Source of the DNA: Octopus bimaculoides
Lineage: Eukaryota
Assembly: GCF_001194135.2 (NCBI RefSeq)
Contig: NC_068983.1
Coordinates: forward strand, 165,580,932 to 165,642,669
Length of the DNA stretch: 61,738 bases
Direction of reading: 5' to 3'
The position numbers were made by a program, and so were the translations under genes. Within the stretch, counting starts at the first letter, position 1. The number at the start of each line of letters is the position of its first letter. Below the pieces are notes generated by a model that saw only the letters and a program-made list of their open reading frames with translations, did not search any database and was not told the origin of the DNA. Shown piece by piece: positions 52,651 to 61,738 of the stretch.

Positions 52651-54420
52651 CCTCTCCCTCAAATTTCTCAGACCTGACGTAGTTATAAATGTCCGGGGCT
52701 GCATTTGTCTTCAAATTTGTGAGCAGGGATCATATCAGATTTTTTTTTTTTTTACTATAGTAGGCACAACACGATATTTTTAGTGAGATCGGAATTTCAA
52801 CTCCACCAGCGTCACCTGCTGGCACGTTAGAAAATCATTCGTGCGAGTTCGTTGCCAGTGCCGCTGGACTGGCTCCTGTGCAGGTGACACGTAAAAAACA
52901 CCATGTTGAGCGTGGCCGTTGCCAGTACCGCGTGACTGGCCCTCGTGCCGGTGGCACGTAAAAGCACCCACTACACACTCAGAGTGGTTGGCGTTAGGAA
53001 GGGCATCCAGCTGTAGAAACTCTGCCAGATCAGACTGGAGCCTGGTGCAGCCNNNNNNNNNNNNNNNNNNNNNNNNNNNNNNNNNNNNNNNNNNNNNNNN
53101 NNNNNNNNNNNNNNNNNNNNNNNNNNNNNNNNNNNNNNNNNNNNNNNNNNNNNNNNNNNNNNNNNNNNNNNNNNNNNNNNNNNNNNNNNNNNNNNNNNNN
53201 NNNCGTCCAACCCATGTTAGCATGGAAAGCGGACGACTAGCGTCATAACTTTTTTTCTATTTCCATATTAATTTACTTGCAATCATGTTCATTTTAAACT
53301 CATACATGTCTAGTAACAAAAAAAAAAAAAAATAGAATACAGATGAAAATTGATATCTTACCTTTATAATTGCATATGCCGGATTTTATGGAATTGAGGT
53401 TTAAAGAAATTATCGTTGAAATACGCGGTCAGTGAAGAATAATAATGATAATTCCGTCTCGTAGAGTCCCAAAGCCTGGAATTTTGTGGGAAAGGTCGAC
53501 ACCCAGTACTCAAATGGTACTTGTCAACCCCGCAAGGATGAAAGGCAAAGATGTCCTCGGCGGAATGTGAACTCAGAATGTAGAGACAGACGAAATTTGA
53601 TGGGAGGCGACCAGTCGATTACATCGTCCCCAGTGTTTCATTGGTATTTAATTTATTGACTCCGAAAGGATGAAAGGCAAAATCGACATCGGTAGAATTT
53701 GAACCCCGAACGTAGCAACGGGCGAAATACCACTAAGCACTTTGTCCAGCTCACCGCCTTAGTAATAATAATAATAACAATAATAATAATAACGATGATG
53801 ATCTTATAATATACAGTACTCGGACTACAATTTGTTGGACGAGAGAGAAAGACTGCAATGAAAGTCAAAAGAGTACATTCAGAGTACAATGAAAGAAGAA
53901 AGAATGCATTGAAGTTCTGGATTAAGAATGTAAAAACAAGGTTAATTAGTGAAATGCGCAAATTAAATGTTTTGCTCTATTTACTGCATCCTACCTTTTT
54001 GAGTTGAAGCTGCCCGGCGGGGGGTAAATTTTGTCTTTCATCCCACTGGAAAAAAAATATAAAATAAGTACCGGTAATATGCCAAGGTCGAGGAAATTGA
54101 GTTTTCTAGATATTCTTTTCTACTTTAGGCACAAGGCCCGAAATTTTGGAGGAGCGTGGGGGGGGGGCAGTCGATTAGATCGATCCCAGTACGGAACTGG
54201 AACTTATTTATCCATCCCCAAAGAATGAAAGGCAAAGTAGACTTCGGCAGAATTTGAACTCAGAATGTAAAGACACGAAATACCGCCAAGCATTTCGCCC
54301 GGCCTGCTAACGATTCTGAGTTTTCTAGATATTGGAACAACTTCGATCTAATCAGCATTTTATCGATTGTTTATGAATCAACGAAAAAGGTGAATTTGGT
54401 TTTCTATCACCTGTACTCAC

Positions 54421-54750
54421 TAGGGTTGGCATAATATGGTTAGAAAGTTTATTTTGCAGCCGCATGGTCCTGGATTCGATCCCGTTGCTTTGGTATCTTG
54501 GGCGAATGTCATTGTCTTTAACCTCGAGTTTATCTATTCCTTGTGAGTGAAATTGGGTCGATGAAAACTGTAAAGAATCCTGTCAGGTGAATTGTACCTG
54601 TTGTTCAAACGGTATGGCCTTGTCTCACGCTGATTCTGCCCGAGAATTACGTTAATATCACAAATGTATGCGGAATACTCAGCCAGTTGTACGTTAATTC
54701 AGTTGCTCGAACAACAGCATGTTAATCGTCGAAACCGACGGAGATCCACT
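54421..54750 (+). mobile_element. Older SINE family D: family-A-like head with a different conserved tail
   Basis: The tail (atactcagcca..ttaattca..aatcgtcgaa..cgacggagatcc) recurs at 23612-23915 (-) and 20650-20770 (-). Confidence 0.65.
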
Positions 54751-57700
54751 ACTATCACTCGGTGAAAGGTGAAAGAGTGGTCTACACAAGAGTCATTGCC
54801 GGGTGATAATTTGGTTCATGAGGAGAGCGACACACTCACGACTGGTGGCCATTGCGACTCATGACCAAGGCTGTTTTTCAGCAGTAAAAAAGCCTCCCCA
54901 TCACGGGGCCCTATAGTATTCATTGACAACACGCCACTTCATATATATAGTAGAATTAGGCCCGTGAGGTCTCCGGGCCGCTGCCCAGGACTTCAGGCTG
55001 CATCGCTCATCATTATCTTTCTATAGAAACTCCGAAGGGATAAGAATTATGGAGAATGAAAGCATACTCCATTCGCTAATTGTGTGGCCAATGAGGTACG
55101 TGGCTGCAGGATTCCTGTGACAGCTTGAGACGGGGAATGGTTTAAGAATCAATGGGGTTCAGAGTCCGCTGCTGATAGCTGACCTCCAAGATATCACTCG
55201 CGAATGAGCGAAGTGGTAGAAAGAAATCAAAGAATTTGTTGGTTTTTTTAAGCAGCTGAAGGTATTAACAAATGGATTCATGGTGGTAAAGAAGAGAGAT
55301 ATCCTGTTTGTTGTTTTGTACGAAGAGAATGGAGAAAACCGGTGGGAAAAAAAACAGTGTTAACTTTTAGAGATATAGGAGTGTTGTTGACTGGGGGGGG
55401 GGTCTCTTGATTGAAGCGGAGTCAAGAAGTTGGTGAAATCTGTTTAGCTAAGGAGTTGCAGTTAAGAAATGAGGTTGGCAGTGTTAGGTGTGGACTGAGA
55501 TATATAAAGAAAAAAAGTATCGGCGTTTAATTTTGCTTGCAACAATTGTTCCTGGTAAATAATAAAATTGGTCGTTAGTATCACCGGGGCAAGATTTGTG
55601 TTTTTCATTGCAATACATAATCGACGCGTGAGAATTCCTACAAGGTGTTCAAACTCGATGAAAAGCAGCCTCTCCGCCCCTCCCCGTTCTCTCGCTCCCG
55701 TTGTTCATGATTGACTTCCGAGATCTTGAAAAAAAAAAAAGGTTGTATGTACATAAATATAAATAGATTATCTCAGCAAATGTTTGCTTGTTATAAGGTT
55801 GGTTCATTCAAGCGTATTGTTCCGCTTCATTGCACAACCCCTTCTTGTCATACTTTCTTTTTTCACGCTCTCTTCAAATATCATAGCACAACAGAAAGAC
55901 TATTTCAATGCACATTAGCAGGTTTCAAACACACGCACAGACAATGTGTGTGTGTGTGTGCGTGAGTGTATGCATGTGTGCGTGTGTGTGTGTGAGTCCA
56001 TTCAACAACGAGTTTTCTCGCATGGGAACTATGAAAGCACAACGTTTCCACAGTAGATTCGTTTTTCTTAACATCACACATTGACTTGTTACAGCTGTTG
56101 CATTCCCCGATATTTTACAGAATTGACATGGGTTCGAATTGTTAAGACGTATTCATCTGAGGCCATTGTATTTTTTCATCAACAAAAGATTCCAGCTGTT
56201 GTGAAAATAAAATTACCCTAAAAAAGCCACAAACTACGATTAAATTAATATAATAATTGGTTACCTAATGATTTCGAACTACAATACATTCTTACAATAC
56301 TTCTCTTACCTCTATTATTATCGATGGTATCGTAATTCTTGTAGCTGAGATCCAGAAAATGGTAAAGGCTGGCAGTTATTTTGTTAGTTTCTTTTGAAAG
56401 AAACATGATCTTGGTTGTCAAATCTATTGATTATCAATCAATTATCGATTTATCAAAGCAGTCCCACTTGCTTTTGTGTATGTTGCTGTTTTTTTGTTTT
56501 TTTCAGTCTTTTGAGCAGCAGTGTAAAAAAAAAAGAAAGAAAGAACGGGGTAGAGTAAAGTTTCTAGCTGAAACCAAACCGACGAAAACTGGTATCGATT
56601 TCCGGTTGGTGCGAAGGGTTAAGAAATAATTGAAACGACCACAAAGACATGTGGCATAATGGTTNNNNNNNNNNNNNNNNNNNNNNNNNNNNNNNNNNNN
56701 NNNNNNNNNNNNNNNNNNNNNNNNNNNNNNNNNNNNNNNNNNNNNNNNNNNNNNNNNNNNNNNNNNNNNNNNNNNNNNNNNNNNNNNNNNNNNNNNNNNN
56801 NNNNNNNNNNNNNNNNNNNNNNNNNNNNNNNNNNNNNNNNNNNNNNNNNNNNNNNNNNNNNNNNNNNNNNNNNNNNNNNNNNNNNNNNNNNNNNNNNNNN
56901 NNNNNNNNNNNNNNNNNNNNNNNNNNNNNNNNNNNNNNNNNNNNNNNNNNNNNNNNNNNNNNNNNNNNNNNNNNNNNNNNNNNNNNNNNNNNNNNNNNNN
57001 NNNNNNNNNNNNNNNNNNNNNNNNNNNNNNNNNNNNNNNNNNNNNNNNNNNNNNNNNNNNNNNNNNNNNNNNNNNNNNNNNNNNNNNNNNNNNNNNNNNN
57101 NNNNNNNNNNNNNNNNNNNNNNNNNNNNNNNNNNNNNNNNNNNNNNNNNNNNNNNNNNNNNNNNNNNNNNNNNNNNNNNNNNNNNNNNNNNNNNNNNNNN
57201 NNNNNNNNNNNNNNNNNNNNNNNNNNNNNNNNNNNNNNNNNNNNNNNNNNNNNNNNNNNNNNNNNNNNNNNNNNNNNNNNNNNNNNNNNNNNNNNNNNNN
57301 NNNNNNNNNNNNNNNNNNNNNNNNNNNNNNNNNNNNNNNNNNNNNNNNNNNNNNNNNNNNNNNNNNNNNNNNNNNNNNNNNNNNNNNNNNNNNNNNNNNN
57401 NNNNNNNNNNNNNNNNNNNNNNNTTGATGCAGTTGACTAATCCCGTTCCCTAAAATTGCTGGCCTTGTGCCAAAAGTTGAAACGAGTATTAATTCCAGCT
57501 TAAAGGCTGCCAGAGTCGGTAACGCGCCGGGCAAAATGCTTTGCGGCATTTCATTTGTGTTTGTATTTTGAGTTCAAATTCCGCCGAGGTCTATTTTACT
57601 CTTCATCCCATCGATGAAGAGTAAAGTAAGTTACCTCCCTTAGCTTAAAGTTTTACTAAGGGATTTCGTGGTCCTATCTTTTTCAGTCATTAGACTGCGG

Positions 57701-57852
57701 CCATGCTGGGGCACCGCCTTGAAGAATTTTAGTCGGACCAATCGACACCAGTTCTTTCTTTTTTATGCTTGGTTCTTTTCTTATTGATCTCTTTTACCGA
57801 ACCGCTAAGTTACGTTAACGTAAATACACCAACACCAGTTATCAAGTTATCA

Positions 57853-58173
57853 AGACTGATTGTCAGGCAAATGTATCCACATCTTTTGGAAGCAACAATC
57901 CTCACTGGACAAGGAAAGAGAGAAAATGTGTTTATTCCAAGAATTCCACTGATTCCAGCAGACATGGCCTTTGGATTCAATTTCCAGTAAAAGTTAGTTT
58001 TGCAATGACAAGGGTCAAAGGGCAATCACTGGAAATTGCTGGACTTCCCCTCATGCAGTGCAGTGCTTTTCCCATGGTCAGCTCTATGTTGGTTGTTCCA
58101 GAAACGGCAACAATCTCTTCATACGCCAAATGGTAAAACCAGAAATGTTGTTTATCTTGGTGCTTTACAGTGA
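57853..58173 (+). mobile_element. Helitron RepHel (Pif1-like helicase) C-terminal remnant
   Basis: RLIVRQMYPHLLEATILTGQGKRENVFIPRIPLIP, then across frameshifts QFPVKVSFAMT..QGQSL..HGQLYVGCSR..RNVVYLGALQ-stop. Confidence 0.85.
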
Positions 58174-58276
58174 TCTCCAAATGTCACAATGATACAAAAT
58201 TCTCCAAATGAGAGACTGTGATATAAATCTGAAATGGTAAGGTACCAATAGATGTTTTATTATTTCCGTCTTTAGT

Positions 58277-58530
58277 TTTGGGCCACATTCTAATAGGGCG
58301 GCGAGCTGGCAGAATGGTTAGCACGCCGGGCGAAATGCTTAGCGGTATTTCGTCTGTCGTTACGTTCTGAGTTCAAATTCCGCCGAGGTCGACTTTTCCT
58401 TTCATTCTTTTGGGGTTGATTAAATAAGTCCCGGTTACGCACTGGGGTCGATCTAATCGACTTAATCCCTTTGTCTGTCCTTGTTTGTCTCATCTGTTTA
58501 GCCCCGCCCCTGTGGGCAATAAAGAAATAA
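58277..58530 (+). mobile_element. tRNA-headed SINE family B (representative copy)
   Basis: ggcgagctggcagaatggttag..gagttcaaattccgccgaggtcgac..aataaagaaataa. Other copies lie at about 10385-10500, 13600-13715, 25345-25530 (-), 27843-28050, 44075-44265, 53480-53760 (-), 54125-54320 (-), 57430-57615, 58545-58740 (-), 59208-59498 (-) and 61525-61725 (-). Confidence 0.88.
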
Positions 58531-59922
58531 TTCCAAATTTAGCAAAAGGACAACAATCTTGAGGGGAGGGGTTTAGTTGATTATATCGACCTCACTACCT
58601 GGATGGTACTTTATTTTACCGACCCTGAAAGGATGAAAAGCAAAGTTGACTTCAGCGGAGTTTGAACTCAGAACGTAACGAGCCGGAAGAAATGCCGCTT
58701 AGCATTTTGTGACGCGTTACAGATTCTTCCAGTTCGTTACCTTCCTATTAATGATAGGAATCTTTTCTACTACAGGCGAAAGGCCTCCAGTTGGTTTGGC
58801 GAGGAGCAAGGTGGGGGTGTCCGCAACTGGTATTTAATTCACCACCTCCGAAAGGATAAATGGCAAAGTCGATCTCGGCGAAATTTCAACTCGAAAATCT
58901 ATTAANNNNNNNNNNNNNNNNNNNNNNNNNNNNNNNNNNNNNNNNNNNNNNNNNNNNNNNNNNNNNNNNNNNNNNNNNNNNNNNNNNNNNNNNNNNNNNN
59001 NNNNNNNNNNNNNNNNNNNNNNNNNNNNNNNNNNNNNNNNNNNNNNNNNNNNNNNNNNNNNNNNNNNNNNNNNNNNNNNNNNNNNNNNNNNNNNNNNNNN
59101 NNNNNNNNNNNNNNNNNNNNNNNNNNNNNNNNNNNNNNNNNNNNNNNNNNNNNNNNNNNNNNNNNNNNNNNNNNNNNNNNNNNNNNNNNNNNNNNNNNNN
59201 NNNNNNNAACTCAGAACGTAACAGCAGACGAAACACCGCTAAGCATTTCGTCCAGCGTGCTAACGTTTCTTATTTCTTTATTGCCCACAAGGGGCTAAAC
59301 ATAGAGGGGACAAACAAGGCCAGACAAAGGGATTAAGTTGATTACATCGACCCCAGTGCGTAACTGGTACTTAATTTATCGACCCCGAAAGGATAAAAGG
59401 CAAAGTCGACCTCGGCGGAATTTAAACTCAGAACGTAACAGCAGACGAAATACCGCTAAGCATTTCGCCCGGCCTGCTAACCATTCTGCCAGCTCGCCGA
59501 CCCTTACTGGCACTTTATCCAAAATACAATTTAATTTTGATAAAAATTTAATTCGTTGTTTCAGTAACAACCACAGGATTCAGTAAAATAGTCCCTTCCT
59601 TTCCTTAGATGATTTATAATTAACAGTGATCGATCATTTAATGCTGATTCAATAATGGGTTTATTATTGGTGAGACATTCTTGTAAGAAGCCGAACATTT
59701 CAAGCAATCGTGTTTTTGTTCGTCATCAATCCATGATTTCGTGAAATCTATGTGGAATAAACAAGAGACGCTTTGCTCAACACAGAAACTGCAGGAGTTG
59801 CAATTCTTTTGATGAGGATTAATGGTATCATAAGGTAAAAAAAACCCTTCCGTATCCCCAGTAGGTAGCTCATGGTTCACAAGCGTTTCGCTCGAGTGAG
59901 GTAACAAGGATTGAATTGACCT

Positions 59923-60046
59923 TCACTTGCTGAAGGATTCCATTTGTGGTCTCTTGTCAACAACATCCACCTTGAGCTGGTTATGAGCTGCCATATCTGT
60001 CTCCTTGATGGCTCTCTTTAGTTGTTTGAGTTCAAAAACTAATCTT
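59923..60046 (-). CDS. Candidate terminal coding exon of an unidentified gene (RLVFELKQLKRAIKETDMAAHNQLKVDVVDKRPQMESFSK-stop)
   Basis: Strong pyrimidine tract and AG (ttttcttttcttttcctgtag|). Only one of the three frames stays open, and the peptide is non-repetitive and amphipathic-helix-like. No upstream exon was found in the window and the family is not recognised. Confidence 0.35.
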
Positions 60047-60764
60047 CTACAGGAAAAGAAAAGAAAATAAGGCCAAAAATCTTTCTGAAAATTCATGGTG
60101 ACCGACTTCCTATTGGAAATGAGATCACATTTCATACTATGACAAGAAATACTGGCTTAAGAAGATTTTCTTCAAACCTTTCCTCCGAATTTTTTTGAGT
60201 ATTTAATAAATAAATAAATAAGATGCAGTCTTTGGATTTGTCTTTGGATATTTTGAAGAGTAGAGATGCACAGGAACAAAAATTAACCGGGTAGCGAGGG
60301 GACTAAAAGACGAACAGTTGGACAATATGAGAGGTTACAAGAAGAAGAGAGAAATTCGAAAGGTGATGGGCAAAATGGAAACGCACAAAACGGTAACAAT
60401 AAATCTTGTGTACAGTGAATTGTGTTCCGAAAGAAAGAAAACGGAAAAGAAAAGGAGTAGTCTAACGTTTCGGGTGAATCCTTCATTAAAGTGTAAGAAA
60501 GAAATAAACAAGAAGAAAGAACCAAGAAGAAGAAAAAAAACAAGAAAAGAAACGATACCTGTTTAAAGCGCGTGTATACTTTTCGAGTACATGCTGCAGA
60601 ATGTGTGTGAGTGTGTACCTGCAGTTGAGATGTATATAAACACAATTTTGTTTTTGCTTCGAATAAACCTTTTCCAGAAAAGAATTTACATGTATTTATA
60701 ATTAAAATTCCATCCTTAAAAAAGTGAAACTGAAACAAGTATTTCCTAAAAACAAACAAAAACA

Positions 60765-61490
60765 AAAACGCCAAACAATTGATTAGATAATTAGTTAAGT
60801 ACTAGCAAAAGGAAGCGAAGTATAAACAGCGCGTGAAGTTTTATTAGCAAAATTACCCTCCCAATGCATAATAATTTTTTACAAATACAACTTATAAAGA
60901 TGGAATTTTAATTATAAATACATATTATGCATCATTTAGTTACGTACCTTGTTTTCATTTTTTTAAAAATCTTCTGGAATAGAAATTCTGCCAAGGTAGA
61001 TAAAACCAAATACCAGTCAACTACTAGGGTCGATATAATTGACCACAGCCCTCTCAAATGTGATGTTTTAAGAGCATGTTAAAAATCAATAAAAGTGAAA
61101 GTACGTCATTTTAAATTTTCACACAACAAACTAACAAATGCTGTATGCGGACACAAACTGTGTGTCGATAACTAGCTGGAAAAGAGGTTTTCCCGGGGCT
61201 AAAACAACAGTAACTTCGTCCTTTATACGACTGCCAGGATATGTTGGCATATAAACTTTACAAGAAGGAACAAATGCTTTGAAACTTAAATATATTTATA
61301 TACATGCCAAATGCAGACATGCCAGATACAAAATATGTTTATATACAATAAAAAAGTACTTTCTATTTGAAAAAAAGCAAAAAGAAAAACGCCAAAAAAT
61401 TCATTAGTTAATTAGATAATTAGTTAACTATTAGTCAAATGAAGCGAAATACCCTTCTAATGTATAATAATTTTTTATAAATACATTTTT
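60765..61490 (+). repeat. Diverged direct duplication of about 100 bp (60765-60890 and 61386-61490)
   Basis: aaaacgccaaa..attagataattagttaa..ctaatg(c/t)ataataatttttta(c/t)aaataca occurs twice. Confidence 0.7.
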
Positions 61491-61738
61491 TTTCTTAAAT
61501 GGAAAACAAAAATATTCTTTTCTACTCTAGGCATAGGGCCCGAAATTTGGGGGAGGGGACCAGTCAATTAGATCGACCCCAGTACGCAACTGGTACTTAA
61601 TTTATCGACCCCGAATGGATGAAAGGCAAAGTCGACCTCGACAGAATTTGAACTCAGAACGTAAAGACAGACGAAATACTGCTAAGCATTTCGCCCGGCG
61701 TGCTAACGTTTCTGCCAGCTCACCGCCGCTGCCTTATC

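Noticed and set aside
59638-59907. Cys-rich 89-aa ORF as a zinc-binding protein
   Set aside because: It has no ATG start or clear acceptor, the Cys spacing matches no fold I recognise, and it lies after the stop of the candidate exon.
61146-61175. Helitron 3' hairpin plus CTAG
   Set aside because: The hairpin is weak and AT-rich, it is followed by C rather than the expected T, and it is 3 kb from the helicase remnant.

Overview
AT-rich, microsatellite-saturated animal genomic DNA with many assembly gaps. The repeat landscape ((TA/CA/TATG)n, tRNA-headed SINEs, RTE LINEs with (GAT)n tails) suggests a cephalopod, probably Octopus; this is inference from sequence character, not a database match. 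Three spliced protein-coding genes can be rebuilt by hand with GT-AG junctions and continuous frames. (1) Hey, a bHLH-Orange Notch effector: + strand, 5 exons, 6577-15334, 331 aa, ending [10 protein letters not shown]. (2) MRPS28: - strand, 2 coding exons, 30071-26135, 178 aa. (3) HDDC2: + strand, 6 exons, 32900-48556, 188 aa. A possible terminal exon of a fourth, unidentified gene lies at 60046-59923 (-). The rest is decayed mobile DNA: two RTE LINEs, a Penelope-like RT plus GIY-YIG remnant, Helitron, Tigger/pogo and mariner remnants, hAT-type MITEs, and several SINE or LINE-tail families. Nearly all ORFs in the supplied track are microsatellite or N-gap artefacts. The most interesting observations are these. 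(a) The Hey-MRPS28-HDDC2 triplet looks like the unsplit ancestor of the human HEY1-MRPS28 and HEY2-HDDC2 neighbourhoods. (b) Four miR-1 seed matches lie between two AATAAA signals downstream of Hey, a possible alternative-polyadenylation switch. (c) Two inverted, roughly 90%-identical RTE copies bracket HDDC2 exon 2, a possible dsRNA, ADAR or circRNA substrate. (d) There are Penelope-type minimal hammerhead-like motifs, and a PHD finger embedded in the RTE reverse transcriptase. All comparisons were made by eye; repeat boundaries are approximate.
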